From an uncultured Pelagibacteraceae bacterium (GTDB lineage: Bacteria > Pseudomonadota > Alphaproteobacteria > Pelagibacterales > Pelagibacteraceae), in assembly GCA_902527605.1 (NCBI GenBank), contig CABZPQ010000007.1:3757-67756 (forward strand): 64,000 nt of DNA, in the 5' to 3' direction. This document shows positions 19,852 through 31,132 of this stretch, piece after piece (the stretch's first letter is position 1; the number at the start of each line of letters is the position of its first letter). The position numbers and the translations under genes are program-made. Below the pieces are notes generated by a model, which saw nothing but the letters and a program-made list of their open reading frames with translations, had not been told where the DNA came from and made no database searches.

Positions 19852-20499
19852 ATGATAGACAAAATTTTTCCAAAGATTCATAACGAAGGCTATAAATTTA
19901 TAGTAATTTTCGTAGTAGCAACGATCATTCTATATTTCATTCATGGTTTTTTAGGTTTCATAGGTTTGGTCTTAAGTATTTGGTGTTATTATTTTTTTAG
20001 AGATCCAGAGAGAATTCCAATAAATGATGAGAACTTTTTAACAAGTCCTGCTGACGGATTGGTTTTACAAGTTTTAGATACAAATGGTCCTAAAGAGTTG
20101 GGTCTTGAAAATAAAAAATTTAAGAAAGTAAGTATATTTATGAATGTATTTGACTGTCATGTGAATAGATCTCCATGTTCAGGAAAAATTGAAGAGATTT
20201 TATACAAACCTGGAAAATTTATTAATGCATCTCTTGATAAAGCTAGCGAAGATAATGAAAGAAATTATTATAAAATTAAAAATTCCCATGGAGAAGACAT
20301 TATCGTAGTTCAAATTGCAGGACTAGTTGCACGTAGAATAGTAACAGATACTTCAGTTGAAGAAAATGTTGATCAAGGATCTAGAATAGGAATGATTAGA
20401 TTTGGAAGTAGAGCAGATTTATATTTTGAAAACTATGAACCATTAGTAAAAGTTAATCAAAGAGCAGTTGCTGGAGAAACATTGATAGCCAAAAGATAA
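19852..20499 (+). CDS. psd: Phosphatidylserine decarboxylase proenzyme
   Basis: FFRDPER, SPADG, HVNR, FGS self-cleavage site. Confidence 0.95.
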   Translation: MIDKIFPKIHNEGYKFIVIFVVATIILYFIHGFLGFIGLVLSIWCYYFFRDPERIPINDENFLTSPADGLVLQVLDTNGPKELGLENKKFKKVSIFMNVFDCHVNRSPCSGKIEEILYKPGKFINASLDKASEDNERNYYKIKNSHGEDIIVVQIAGLVARRIVTDTSVEENVDQGSRIGMIRFGSRADLYFENYEPLVKVNQRAVAGETLIAKR

Positions 20500-21297
20500 A
20501 TGGAAAATCCAAAAAAGAATATAAGATTAGTATCAAATAAAAATTCAAGAGTTATTTTGCCAAATATAATGACATTGGTTGGTGTGTGTATTGGCTTAAC
20601 TTCAATTAAATTTGCATTTGATGGAAGATTTGAATTATCAGTTATTGCAGTCTTAATTGCTGCAATCATTGATGGTTTAGACGGAAGAATTGCAAGATTA
20701 ATTAAAGCCACATCAAAAGTTGGAAAAGAATTAGATTCATTAACGGATGTAATTAGTTTTGGAGTTGCGCCAGCATTCATAATGTATTTCTGGGCGCTAG
20801 ATAATATCGGCAGATTTGGTTGGTTAATATCTTTAATATATGTGGTTTGTGTTGCTTTGAGACTTGCAAGATTTAATGTTTCAACAGGAGGTGAACCTTC
20901 ATGGAGAGATAATTTTTTTGAAGGTATTCCATCACCAGCAGGTGGAGTATTGGTATTAATGCCATTAATTTATAGTTTTAGTGAAGTTCAGTTTATAACT
21001 ATTAATAAAAATATTATAGTTCCATCTTTATTCATTGTTATTTCTGTACTTTTGATAAGTAAAATTCCTACATATTCTTTTAAAAGAATTGTTGTTCCAA
21101 GAAGTACTTCAATATTTCTTTTATTTGGAATAATTTTATATTTTGGTTTGTTGCTAATATATACCTTTAATACAATTATAATTTCAGGAATTATTTATCT
21201 ATTAATGATTCCAGCAAGTTCAATTCATTACTTATTTTTAAAAAAACAAAATAAAGAAAAAGATGATGGCGTTGATCATCACGAAGATGTTTTGTAA
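20500..21297 (+). CDS. pssA: CDP-diacylglycerol--serine O-phosphatidyltransferase
   Basis: DGLDGRIAR...GKELDSLTD CDP-alcohol motif, LRLARFN. Confidence 0.93.
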   Translation: MENPKKNIRLVSNKNSRVILPNIMTLVGVCIGLTSIKFAFDGRFELSVIAVLIAAIIDGLDGRIARLIKATSKVGKELDSLTDVISFGVAPAFIMYFWALDNIGRFGWLISLIYVVCVALRLARFNVSTGGEPSWRDNFFEGIPSPAGGVLVLMPLIYSFSEVQFITINKNIIVPSLFIVISVLLISKIPTYSFKRIVVPRSTSIFLLFGIILYFGLLLIYTFNTIIISGIIYLLMIPASSIHYLFLKKQNKEKDDGVDHHEDVL

Positions 21298-22211
21298 TGA
21301 AAGAGAATGTAATTATTTCTCTAGCAGATTCTAATTACTTTGAATTGCTAAATGAATTAATAGACTCTATTAAACAATTCAATCACAGTGAAAAGGTTGC
21401 TATTTGTATACTTGATGCGGGTTTAACAGAGGAGCAAACTGCTCTTCTAAAAAATAAAGTAGACGAGATCAAAAAAGCTGAATGGGATATTGAGGTTCCA
21501 CAATCTAAAGTTAAAGGTAAAGAATGGCTAAAAAGTCAGGTATCAAGAGCGTTTCTTCCAAAATATTTTCCAAACTATAAAAAATACCTGTGGATTGATT
21601 GTGATGCTTGGGTTCAAGATTGGAGTTCAATAGACTTATATTTTAAAGCTTGTGATAATGGCAAACTAGGCATTACCCAGACAATGACACCTGGATATAG
21701 AATATTAAGTAACGTTAATTGGTTGTTTGGAAAATTAGCCATTATAAAATCTCAAAATTTTAAACATGCCATTAAATCTAAAATTGATATTAATAAAGCA
21801 AGAAAGTTAGCATTTGCTCCACATATTAATATTGGTGTTTTCTCATTAGAAAAAGACTCTAGTTGTTGGAATGTTTGGCAAAAAAATTTAAAAACTACTC
21901 TTAGTCATGGACAAATATTTGGTTCAGAGCAACTAGCAATAAATATATGCGTATATATTGATAATGTAGATGTTGAATTTCTTCCTCATAATTGCAACTG
22001 GTTAGCTAGCAACTTACTTCCAAAGTTTGATGAAAAGAATAAAATTTTCGTGGAACCTTTTTTACCAAATCATAAAATTGGAATTATACATTTAGCTAGT
22101 GGTATTAAAGTAAATGATAAAGATATGAGAAACGAGAAAAATCTAGAGATAGAATTAAATACTTTGGATAATAATAAAATCTCAAAATCTTTAAGGTTCA
22201 AAACTAATTGA
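21297..22211 (+). CDS. GT-A fold glycosyltransferase (GT8-like)
   Basis: ADSNY, WIDCD DxD motif, INIGV, EQLAIN, IIH. Confidence 0.65.
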   Translation: MKENVIISLADSNYFELLNELIDSIKQFNHSEKVAICILDAGLTEEQTALLKNKVDEIKKAEWDIEVPQSKVKGKEWLKSQVSRAFLPKYFPNYKKYLWIDCDAWVQDWSSIDLYFKACDNGKLGITQTMTPGYRILSNVNWLFGKLAIIKSQNFKHAIKSKIDINKARKLAFAPHINIGVFSLEKDSSCWNVWQKNLKTTLSHGQIFGSEQLAINICVYIDNVDVEFLPHNCNWLASNLLPKFDEKNKIFVEPFLPNHKIGIIHLASGIKVNDKDMRNEKNLEIELNTLDNNKISKSLRFKTN

Positions 22212-22819
22212 AAAAAAATAAAATCTCAAAAAATTGGATTAATAAGCAGAGAAGAGATATTTATGTTAGACAAGCAAAAGTTGAAGGATATAGATCAAGA
22301 GCCGTTTATAAATTAAAGGAAATTAACGAAAAATTTAAATTTTTAAAAAATAATATATCAGTAATAGATCTTGGAGCTGCTCCTGGAAGTTGGTCTCAAT
22401 ATATATCAAGTAATTTAAAATGTAATAAGCATTTAGCAATAGATTTAAAAGAAATAGAAGAAATAAAGAATGTAAAAATTTTAAAAGGAGATTTTACGGA
22501 TACTGAGCAACAAAATAAAATTAATAATTATTTTGGTGGAAAAATTGACCTAATTATTTCAGATATGGCAGTCAATACTACGGGAAACAAAAATCTAGAC
22601 TCTATGGTAACTGGAGAATTAGTTTTAGAAGCTTTGGATTTCGCTACAAAAATGATGAAGCCAAATGGCTATTTTGTCTCAAAATTATTTATGGGAACTT
22701 CATTTAATGAGATAATTGCATTTTCAAAAAAAAATTTTGTAAAATTTAATGTCTATAAGCCTCTAGCAAGTAGAAAAGATTCTAAAGAAAGTTTCTTAAT
22801 CTGCAAAAATTTAAGATAG
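22208..22819 (+). CDS. rlmE: 23S rRNA Um2552 methyltransferase
   Basis: YRSRAVYKL, DLGAAPGSWSQ, SDMA. Confidence 0.93.
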   Translation: MKKNKISKNWINKQRRDIYVRQAKVEGYRSRAVYKLKEINEKFKFLKNNISVIDLGAAPGSWSQYISSNLKCNKHLAIDLKEIEEIKNVKILKGDFTDTEQQNKINNYFGGKIDLIISDMAVNTTGNKNLDSMVTGELVLEALDFATKMMKPNGYFVSKLFMGTSFNEIIAFSKKNFVKFNVYKPLASRKDSKESFLICKNLR

Positions 22820-22856
22820 ATACTTTTATTTTTTTAAGAATCGTTTATATAAGGAC

Positions 22857-23921
22857 ATGGATCCTATCAAAGAAGCGCTCACTTTCGATGATGTAACTTT
22901 AGCACCAAATTATTCTGAAATTTTACCTTCAGAAGTAAAGACAGAAATTAAATTATCAAAACACTTAAATATTTCTATACCCCTTCTAACTTCAGCAATG
23001 GATACTGTAACAGAGTCTAACATGGCTATTTCAATCGGTAAAAAGGGTGGAATAGGTGTTATACATAGAAATTTATCAATAAATGATCAGATAAAAGAAA
23101 TAAGAAAAGTAAAAGCAAAAAAAATATTAGTTGGTGCAGCTGTTGGTGCAAGTTTAAACGAACACATAAGAGCTCAAAAGATTTTAAAAGAAAATATTGA
23201 TTTAATTGTTGTTGATACAGCTCATGGCCACACAAAAAAAGTAGCTGAAATAATAAAAAAAATTAAAAAAATTAAACCAACTAAAACAGCTTTATGTGCA
23301 GGTAATATTGCTACAGCAGAAGCAGCTAAATTTCTGATTAAGCAAGGAGTAGATATTATAAAAGTTGGAATTGGACCAGGATCTATATGCACTACAAGAC
23401 TAGTTGCGGGGATAGGAGTTCCACAGTTAAGTGCAATTTTAGATGTAAAAAAAGGTATGGGCAAAAGTAAAACAACATTAATAGCTGATGGAGGTATCAA
23501 ATTTTCTGGGGATATTGCAAAAGCACTTGCAGCAGGAGCAGATGCGGTAATGATTGGATCATTATTTGCAGGAACAGATCAGGCTCCAGGTAGAATTATT
23601 AAAAGAGGTGGAAAATTATTTAAAAGTTTTAGAGGCATGGGATCTATTGGAGCAATGAATAAAGGATCAGCAGATAGATATTTTCAATCAAAACAAAAAG
23701 ATACTTCAAAATATGTAGCAGAAGGTGTTGAAGGTTTTGTTAAATACAAAGGCACAGTTGAAAAAATAATCTACCAACTAGTAGGGGGTTTAAAATCATC
23801 AATGGGATACTTAGGTGCAAAAAGAATTAAAGATCTCAGAAAAAAACCAAAATTTGTCAAAATTACTAAAGCAGGTTTTTATGAAAGTATGGTACATAAC
23901 ATAGACGAAATAAAAAGATGA
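22857..23921 (+). CDS. guaB: IMP dehydrogenase, lacking the CBS subdomain
   Basis: LTFDDV, MDTVT, GIGPGSICTT, ADGGI, RGMGS; only 354 aa. Confidence 0.95.
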   Translation: MDPIKEALTFDDVTLAPNYSEILPSEVKTEIKLSKHLNISIPLLTSAMDTVTESNMAISIGKKGGIGVIHRNLSINDQIKEIRKVKAKKILVGAAVGASLNEHIRAQKILKENIDLIVVDTAHGHTKKVAEIIKKIKKIKPTKTALCAGNIATAEAAKFLIKQGVDIIKVGIGPGSICTTRLVAGIGVPQLSAILDVKKGMGKSKTTLIADGGIKFSGDIAKALAAGADAVMIGSLFAGTDQAPGRIIKRGGKLFKSFRGMGSIGAMNKGSADRYFQSKQKDTSKYVAEGVEGFVKYKGTVEKIIYQLVGGLKSSMGYLGAKRIKDLRKKPKFVKITKAGFYESMVHNIDEIKR

Positions 23922-24352
23922 TAAAAAAAATTACCTTAGCAATAATTTTACTTTTTACTTTAATTTTTAATGTTAACGCGGAGAAAGTTAATTTTTTTGA
24001 TGAAGCAAAAAGTCTTTATGAAAATGAAAAATATGAAGATTCAAAATTTTTATTTCAAAGAAATATTGTATACAATCCCAAAGACTCAAAGTCATATCTA
24101 TATTTAGCAAAAATATTTAAAAATGAAGAAAACAAAACAGAACTGGAAAAAAATATAAATACAGTCTTACTACTCGAGCCAAACAACGAAGAGGCAATGT
24201 ATCTATTAATAGATATTGAGTTAGAAAGATCTAATTTTTCTAAAGCAGAGGAACTTAGAGAAGATTTTAAGAAAATATGCTCGAACCTTTGTGATAAAAT
24301 CGCATCTATTAACAAACGCCTAAAAGAGTTTGAAAAAAAAGATGCGTCTTGA
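23918..24352 (+). CDS. Exported TPR protein
   Basis: Signal peptide plus TPR-like helices. Confidence 0.65.
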   Translation: MIKKITLAIILLFTLIFNVNAEKVNFFDEAKSLYENEKYEDSKFLFQRNIVYNPKDSKSYLYLAKIFKNEENKTELEKNINTVLLLEPNNEEAMYLLIDIELERSNFSKAEELREDFKKICSNLCDKIASINKRLKEFEKKDAS

Positions 24353-25901
24353 AAATAATCTAGATAAAATTTTAATAATCGATTTTGGGTCTCAGTTTAC
24401 ACAATTAATTGCAAGAAAAGTAAGAGAATTAAATGTTTTTTGTGAAATTATAAGTCACAACAAACTTAAAAACTACAAAAATGAAAAAAATGTGAAAGGC
24501 ATCATTTTATCTGGTGGTCCCTTAAATGTTTATCAAAATAAAAAAGTTAAATTCAGTAGAAGTATATTAAGTTTAAATATTCCAATTTTAGGTATTTGTT
24601 TTGGCCATCAGATAATCTCTAAAGAATTAGGAGGTAAAGTAAAACGAGCAAAATCAAGAGAATTTGGGTTAGCAAAAGTTACAAAATTAAAAAAAAGCGC
24701 TTTAACTGAAAATTTCTTTTCAAAAAAATCCACCAATGTATGGATGAGCCATGGAGATGAGGTAATTAAATTACCTAAAGGTTTTAAAGTTATAGCAAAA
24801 TCCTCAAATTCGAAATTATGTATGATAGAAAATGTAAAAAAAAAAATATATGGCATACAGTTTCATCCAGAAGTTTCCCATACAGTTAAAGGTAAAGTAA
24901 TTTTAAAAAACTTTGTAATTAAAATTTGTAAAATTAAAAAAAATTGGACATCAAAAAATCAAAAATCCAAACTTGTGCAACAAATTAAAGAACAAGTTGG
25001 AAATTCTAAAGTAATTTGTGCATTATCTGGTGGTGTAGATAGTAGTGTAGTAGCAAAATTAATTAGTAATGCGATTGGAAAAAACCTAACTTGTATATTC
25101 GTTAATACTGGCCTGCTCAGAAAAAACGAAGAAAAACAAGTAGTAAATACTTTTAGAAAAAAATTTAAATTGAATTTAATTTATGTAAATGCTGAACAAT
25201 TATTTATAAGCAAATTAAAAAACGTAACAGATCCAGAAAAAAAAAGAAAAATTATTGGAAATCTATTTATCAAACTTTTTGAAAAATACGCAAAAAAAAT
25301 AAAAAATGTAAAATTTTTAGCTCAAGGAACTTTATACCCTGATTTAATTGAAAGTAAATCTGTAACAGGAAGTCAAACGTCAAAAATTAAGTCTCATCAT
25401 AATGTAGGCGGTCTGCCGAAAAGGATGAAATTAAAATTGGTTGAGCCATTAAAGTATTTATTTAAAGATGAAGTTAGAATGTTAGGTCTAGAATTAAATT
25501 TAAGTAAAGAAATTATTTCTAGACATCCTTTTCCTGGTCCTGGTCTAGCAATTAGAATGCCAGGCATAATTACAAAAGAAAAAATAAAAATTTTAAAAGA
25601 AGCAGATAATTATTTTGTAAATGCATTAAGAGAACACAATCTATATCATAAGATATGGCAGGCTTATGCTGCATTACTACCTGTTAAAACTGTTGGTGTC
25701 ATGGGAGACAATAGAACCTATGAATATTTATGTTTGCTTAGAGCAATAACATCTGAAGATGGGATGACAGCGGATTATTTTCAATTTAATAAATCATTTA
25801 TGCAAATGGTATCAAATAAAATAGTTAATAATATTCGAGGTATAAATAGAGTTGTTTATGATGTGACTTCTAAACCACCAAGTACTATTGAACTAGAATA
25901 G
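24342..25901 (+). CDS. guaA: GMP synthase (glutamine-hydrolysing)
   Basis: DFGSQ, GICFG, HPEV, SGGVDS, IKSHHN, KPPSTIE. Confidence 0.97.
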   Translation: MRLENNLDKILIIDFGSQFTQLIARKVRELNVFCEIISHNKLKNYKNEKNVKGIILSGGPLNVYQNKKVKFSRSILSLNIPILGICFGHQIISKELGGKVKRAKSREFGLAKVTKLKKSALTENFFSKKSTNVWMSHGDEVIKLPKGFKVIAKSSNSKLCMIENVKKKIYGIQFHPEVSHTVKGKVILKNFVIKICKIKKNWTSKNQKSKLVQQIKEQVGNSKVICALSGGVDSSVVAKLISNAIGKNLTCIFVNTGLLRKNEEKQVVNTFRKKFKLNLIYVNAEQLFISKLKNVTDPEKKRKIIGNLFIKLFEKYAKKIKNVKFLAQGTLYPDLIESKSVTGSQTSKIKSHHNVGGLPKRMKLKLVEPLKYLFKDEVRMLGLELNLSKEIISRHPFPGPGLAIRMPGIITKEKIKILKEADNYFVNALREHNLYHKIWQAYAALLPVKTVGVMGDNRTYEYLCLLRAITSEDGMTADYFQFNKSFMQMVSNKIVNNIRGINRVVYDVTSKPPSTIELE

Positions 25902-25921
25902 AAATAAATTATAATTTTACT

Positions 25922-26341
25922 ATGAAATATTTACACACAATGATCAGAATTTCTAATATTCAGGAGTCGTTAAAATTTTTTTGTGATGGACTGGGTTTAA
26001 AAGAGACAAAAAGAATGGAAAATGAAAAAGGCAGATATACATTAATTTTTTTAGCTGCACCAAACGACAATAATGCAGAAATTGAACTAACTTATAATTG
26101 GGACGGTGACAATTTAGGAGAGGGATCTAGAAATTTTGGTCACTTAGCTTATAGAGTTAAAAATATATACGAAATATGTCAAAGACTAATGGATATGGGT
26201 TATACAATTAATAGACCACCTAGAGATGGTCATATGGCATTTGTGAAATCACCAGATAAAATATCAATAGAAATACTTCAGGAAGGAAATCTTCCTCCTA
26301 AAGAGCCCTGGTCATCAATGGAAAATACTGGAACTTGGTAA
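25922..26341 (+). CDS. gloA: Lactoylglutathione lyase (VOC family)
   Basis: YLHTMIR, ELTYNWD, FGHLAY, PRDG. Confidence 0.85.
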   Translation: MKYLHTMIRISNIQESLKFFCDGLGLKETKRMENEKGRYTLIFLAAPNDNNAEIELTYNWDGDNLGEGSRNFGHLAYRVKNIYEICQRLMDMGYTINRPPRDGHMAFVKSPDKISIEILQEGNLPPKEPWSSMENTGTW

Positions 26342-26343
26342 TA

Positions 26344-26955
26344 TTAGAAATACTTTATATATTTTTCATTAATATTTAAAATTTCTAAATCGACTAGCCC
26401 ACCTATTACTAATTGAATAGCAACCAATAATATAAAGCCTAAACCTATATAAGCTATCCATAAATGTTTTTGTATATAATTTGCTAAATAAGTAGCTAAG
26501 GCTCCAGTAAGAACTACTGATAATACCAAGCCAAAAATCATAAAACCAAAATTACCTTTGGCTGCTCCCACAACTCCAATAACGTTATCAAAACTAATTG
26601 TAATATCTGCAAATAAAACCTTGTAAATACTTTTGATAAATGAAGGCTCCATAGATTTCTTTTTAGGAGACTTTATTTTTTGAATTTCAAATAAATCCTT
26701 TCTTAAGTCGTTAACAATCCAAATTAAAAGTAGTCCACCAAGAATTTTAATGAAGTAAAACTTAAACAAATATGTTGCAAATATTGCAAATATAACTTTG
26801 AAAACTAACGCACCAACTACGCCCCAAAATATTATCTTTTTTCTATTTTTTGGAACAAAATTAGCAGCAATCAATCCTATTATTATTGCATTATCCGCAG
26901 CTAGAATTATGTCTATAAATATAATTTGCAGTAAAATGAGTGATTGTTCTATCAA
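26344..26955 (-). CDS. TerC/YjbE family membrane protein
   Basis: DIILAADNA and ADITISFDNV repeats. Confidence 0.85.
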   Translation of the reverse strand: MIEQSLILLQIIFIDIILAADNAIIIGLIAANFVPKNRKKIIFWGVVGALVFKVIFAIFATYLFKFYFIKILGGLLLIWIVNDLRKDLFEIQKIKSPKKKSMEPSFIKSIYKVLFADITISFDNVIGVVGAAKGNFGFMIFGLVLSVVLTGALATYLANYIQKHLWIAYIGLGFILLVAIQLVIGGLVDLEILNINEKYIKYF

Positions 26956-27066
26956 GATGCTATTATAATAGTAATTATTTATTATATTTCAATAAAACAT
27001 CAAAATTTTTATTGATTTAAGTTTTAATACATAATGAGATATGTTTTTTAGAAATATGGAGGATTT

Positions 27067-28038
27067 ATGAAACTTTTCAAAATTTTGTTCTCTGTTTTAT
27101 TTTCTGTTCTTTTAACTGCTAATGCTTTTGCTGCAGAAAAATGGGATATGGCACTAGCTTATGGTGCAAGCAACTTCCATTCTGCTAATGCAGCTGAATT
27201 TGCTAAAAATGTTTCAGAAAAAAGTGGGGGAAAATTAACAATAGTAACTCACCCAGGTGGATCTCTTTTTAAAGGTGGAGAGATATTTAGGGCTGTTAGA
27301 ACTGGACAAGCTCAAATTGGTGAAAGATTTATGTCGGCTCTAGGTAAAGAAGATCCGTTATTAGAGATTGACTCGCAACCATTTCTTGCGACATCTTATG
27401 ATGATGCTATGAAACTGTATAAAGCATCAAAGCCTGCAATAATCAAAGGTTTAGATCAAAAAGGTCTTGTATTTTTATACGCTGTACCATGGCCTGCGCA
27501 AGGTCTTTATAGTAAAAAAGAGATTAACAGTGTTGCTGATTTAAAAGGTTTAAAATTTAGAGCGTATAATTCTGCAACTATTAGAATGGCTGAATTGACA
27601 GGTATGGCACCTACAAAAATAGAAGCAGCTGAAATAAGCCAAGCATTCTCAACTGGTGCGGTTGAAAGTATGATTACTTCACCAACTACTGGTAAGAACA
27701 GTAAAATTTGGGAAAATGGAGTAAAGTATTTTTATGATATTGCAGCTTGGTTTCCAAAAAATATGATTGTAGCTCACAGAGGTTCTTGGAATAAATTAGA
27801 TAAAGCTACACAAAAAATGATTATGGAAGAGGCGGCAGTTGCTGAAAAAAAAGGTTGGGCACTTTCAAAAAAAGGAAATGTTGCTGATAAAAAAGCTTTA
27901 GCTGATGCTGGAATGAAAGTAGGCAAAGTAAATGCAGCCCTTGAAAGTCATTTCAAAAAAGTTGGTGCTACAATGGCAGAAGAATGGAAGAAAAAAGCTG
28001 GCGATAGAGGTGCTAGTGTTCTTGCTGCTTATAATTAA
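27067..28038 (+). CDS. dctP: TRAP solute-binding protein DctP, probably pyroglutamate-binding
   Basis: Signal peptide, KWD...Y..SN.H, DLKGLKFRAY, strong RBS GGAGG. Confidence 0.9.
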   Translation: MKLFKILFSVLFSVLLTANAFAAEKWDMALAYGASNFHSANAAEFAKNVSEKSGGKLTIVTHPGGSLFKGGEIFRAVRTGQAQIGERFMSALGKEDPLLEIDSQPFLATSYDDAMKLYKASKPAIIKGLDQKGLVFLYAVPWPAQGLYSKKEINSVADLKGLKFRAYNSATIRMAELTGMAPTKIEAAEISQAFSTGAVESMITSPTTGKNSKIWENGVKYFYDIAAWFPKNMIVAHRGSWNKLDKATQKMIMEEAAVAEKKGWALSKKGNVADKKALADAGMKVGKVNAALESHFKKVGATMAEEWKKKAGDRGASVLAAYN

Positions 28039-28050
28039 ATCATTATAATT

Positions 28051-28077
28051 AAAAAGGCCGTATTAAACGGCCTTTTT
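28051..28077 (+). terminator. Stem-loop after dctP (terminator or mRNA stabiliser)
   Basis: AAAAAGGCCGT-attaa-ACGGCCTTTTT directly before dctQ. Confidence 0.75.
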
Positions 28078-28079
28078 AT

Positions 28080-28571
28080 ATGTTTGCTAAAGTCAATAAA
28101 TTTTTAAATAATCTTTATAGTTACTCAGGCTATATCGCTGCATTCTTTCTTATTTTGGTTGCAGTTTTTATTTTAATTGGAATTTCATCAAGAATATTTG
28201 GTTTTTATATAAGAGGCCTAGCTGAATATTCTGGATATTGTATGGCTGCTTCATCTTTTTTTGCTTTATCTTATACTTTTGTAGAAGGTGGTCACATTAG
28301 AATTACTTTATTTTTAGAAAAAGCTACTGGGATTAAAAAGAGATTTTTGGAATTATGGAGTTTGATAGTTGCAACTATTTTTTCTGGTTATCTAGCTTTT
28401 TATTTTTTAAAAATGCTAAAAATATCTTATGAATTTCAAGAGAGAAGTGAAGGAGCTGACGAAATTTTAATTTGGATACCACAAACTAGTGTTGCTTTAG
28501 GATCACTAATATTTTTCATATGTGTATCTCATCAATTAGTTTTGAAAATACAAACAAAAAAAAATGACTGA
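28080..28571 (+). CDS. dctQ: TRAP small permease DctQ
   Basis: 4 TM, GGHIRI motif. Confidence 0.9.
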   Translation: MFAKVNKFLNNLYSYSGYIAAFFLILVAVFILIGISSRIFGFYIRGLAEYSGYCMAASSFFALSYTFVEGGHIRITLFLEKATGIKKRFLELWSLIVATIFSGYLAFYFLKMLKISYEFQERSEGADEILIWIPQTSVALGSLIFFICVSHQLVLKIQTKKND

Positions 28572-29874
28572 AATTTTACTTACTATATTTTTCATAAGTG
28601 TTCTCTTGATATTTTTAGGCTCAGGAATTTGGGTTGCTATAAGCATGGTTGGAGTTTCATCAATAGGAATGATGCTGTTCACCACAAGGCCAGTTGGTGA
28701 TGCGATGGCAACAACAATTTGGGGAGCTTCATCTTCATGGACTTTAACTGCACTTCCTTTATTTGTTTGGATGGGTGAAATTTTATTTCGGACAAAGTTA
28801 TCTGAAAATTTATTTGAAGGATTATCCCCATGGATGCAGAAACTACCCGGTGGCTTAGTGCATGTTAATGTAGTTGGATGTGCTTTATTTGCAGCTATTT
28901 CAGGATCTTCTGCAGCAACTGTAGCCACAGTAGGAAAAATGTCTATTCCAGAACTAAGAAAAAGAAAATATCCAGAAAGTATTCTGCTTGGAAGTTTAGC
29001 TGGATCAGGAACGCTGGGTCTTCTAATTCCACCTTCAATTATTTTAATTATTTATGGTGTGACTGTCCAAGAGTCGATAGCAAAACTATTTATTGCTGGA
29101 ATTGTACCAGGAATAATGATTGCGTTGATCTTTATGACATATGTAATGATTTGGTCGTTAATAAATAAAAAATCCATGCCTACTTTTAAACAAGACTTCT
29201 CACTTATGGAAAAGGTAAGGAAATCAGGAAAACTGATACCTGTAATATTATTAATAGTTTCAGTTATTGGCTCAATTTATACTGGTATAGCAACCGCAAC
29301 CGAAGCAGCTTCTTTGGGTGTAGTAGGTGCATTAATTTTATCATACTTTCAAAAGAGTTTGTCTTTAAGAACATTTAAAGAGTCTCTCTTGGGTGCTACT
29401 AAAACTTCTTGCATGATAGCTTTTATATTAGCTGGAGCCACTTTTTTATCTTTGGCAATGGGTTTTACAGGATTGCCAAGAAATCTTGCTCTATGGATTG
29501 AAGGAATGGAACTTTCTCCATATGTTTTAATTTTTGTTTTAATGATCTTTTATATAATTCTTGGAATGTTTCTTGATGGTATCTCTGCTGTAGTTTTAAC
29601 AATGGCTATAATTGAACCAATGATTAGACAAGCAGGTTTTGATATGATTTGGTTTGGTGTTTTTCTAGTTATTGTTGTCGAAATGGCTCAGATCACGCCG
29701 CCGGTTGGTTTTAATCTTTTTGTTCTTCAGGGTATGGCTAATAAAGATATGGGTTATATAGCAAGAAGCGCGTTTCCGCTCTTCTTGCTAATGATTTTTG
29801 CTGTTATCTTAGTTGTGATATTTCCAGAAATTGCTCTTTGGATGCCTGAGCAAATGATAAAAAATATAAACTAG
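28564..29874 (+). CDS. dctM: TRAP large permease DctM
   Basis: ALPLF, SGSSAAT, LIPPS, ITPPVG. Confidence 0.95.
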   Translation: MTEILLTIFFISVLLIFLGSGIWVAISMVGVSSIGMMLFTTRPVGDAMATTIWGASSSWTLTALPLFVWMGEILFRTKLSENLFEGLSPWMQKLPGGLVHVNVVGCALFAAISGSSAATVATVGKMSIPELRKRKYPESILLGSLAGSGTLGLLIPPSIILIIYGVTVQESIAKLFIAGIVPGIMIALIFMTYVMIWSLINKKSMPTFKQDFSLMEKVRKSGKLIPVILLIVSVIGSIYTGIATATEAASLGVVGALILSYFQKSLSLRTFKESLLGATKTSCMIAFILAGATFLSLAMGFTGLPRNLALWIEGMELSPYVLIFVLMIFYIILGMFLDGISAVVLTMAIIEPMIRQAGFDMIWFGVFLVIVVEMAQITPPVGFNLFVLQGMANKDMGYIARSAFPLFLLMIFAVILVVIFPEIALWMPEQMIKNIN

Positions 29875-30359
29875 TATTTTGATTTTTTAGATCCGTCTAT
29901 AACACCCTTTAGCTGATTGTATTCTTCACAATTACATCCCTCTAAAACACTCAATCTTTCTTTTGCTAAATTCATCCTATTGGTTGCAACATATAATTCA
30001 CCAAGATATTCGTTAATTCCTATGTGATTTGGCTCAATAGCTAAACCTTGAAGATAATATTTCTCACCATTTTCAAAATCACCAGTTTTTCTAGTTGCAA
30101 ATCCAAGATAATTTAATGTGTCTGCTTTATTTGGCTTCATCTTATTTGACTTTACTAAAAATTTAATTGCTCTTTCGTATCTTTTAATTGCTTTCTCTGT
30201 TTTACCTTTTTTTTCTAATTTTTTTGCAGCTTTAATCAATTTCACTGCCTTATCATAATGGCTTTCTGTTGATCCAGAATCACTACTAGATCCAGCAGCA
30301 AAAGATGTTCCTGCTAAAAAAATTAAAAAGAACATTGAAAAAAATATTTTCTTTATCAT
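29871..30359 (-). CDS. Exported TPR protein
   Basis: Signal peptide, ADTLNYLGF, YLGELY TPR motifs. Confidence 0.75.
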   Translation of the reverse strand: MIKKIFFSMFFLIFLAGTSFAAGSSSDSGSTESHYDKAVKLIKAAKKLEKKGKTEKAIKRYERAIKFLVKSNKMKPNKADTLNYLGFATRKTGDFENGEKYYLQGLAIEPNHIGINEYLGELYVATNRMNLAKERLSVLEGCNCEEYNQLKGVIDGSKKSKY

Positions 30360-31132
30360 TATTTAAATTTCCTTAAGTTAGTTAGTGTTTTTAGTTCTAA
30401 GCCATTATCTATTAAATTATTTTTTATAGATATAGCTGTAGCTAGAGAACTTTCGTTATCGCCATGTATGCACACAGAGTCTATTTCACAAGGTATTTGC
30501 TTTCCGCTGTGACAATTAATGGCTTGGTTCTGAACCATGCTTAAAACGTGATTTTTTGCTTTATCTGGATCTGTAATAAGTGCATGAGGCTCTTTTCTAG
30601 ATACTAAGTTTCCATTATCTTCATAATTTCTGTCTGCAAATATCTCACATGCTACTCTCATATCAAATTTCTTTGCTGCTTCTTCCATCTTTGAACCTGT
30701 AGGCACTAAATAAATTAAATCTTTATTAAAATTGCAGATTGATTTTGCAATGATTGTTGCAAGCTCAATATCTTCGCAAGCCATATTATTTAATGCACCA
30801 TGTGGTTTAATATGTGTAACGATCTCACCATGTTTTTCAGCTATATTTTGTAAAATTTCATACTGATCAATTAATAATTTATTTATTTCATCTGACGATA
30901 AATTTATTCTTTTACGTCCAAAGTTTTCTGGATCATTAAATGAGGGATGTGCACCTATACTAACACTGTTTTTCTTACAAATTTTAACAACTTGGTTCAT
31001 GCTATCTTCATCACCAGCATGATAACCACAAGCAACGTTAGCTGAATTGACAATTTCTAGTAATTTTGGATCATTTTCATCTGAATGATGCTTTGATTTT
31101 TCACCTAAATCACAATTGATATTAATTTCCAT
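30359..31132 (-). CDS. pxpA: 5-oxoprolinase subunit A (LamB/YcsF)
   Basis: NCDLGE, ACGYHAGD, GAHPS, KPHGAL, FADR, CIHGD. Confidence 0.93.
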   Translation of the reverse strand: MEININCDLGEKSKHHSDENDPKLLEIVNSANVACGYHAGDEDSMNQVVKICKKNSVSIGAHPSFNDPENFGRKRINLSSDEINKLLIDQYEILQNIAEKHGEIVTHIKPHGALNNMACEDIELATIIAKSICNFNKDLIYLVPTGSKMEEAAKKFDMRVACEIFADRNYEDNGNLVSRKEPHALITDPDKAKNHVLSMVQNQAINCHSGKQIPCEIDSVCIHGDNESSLATAISIKNNLIDNGLELKTLTNLRKFK

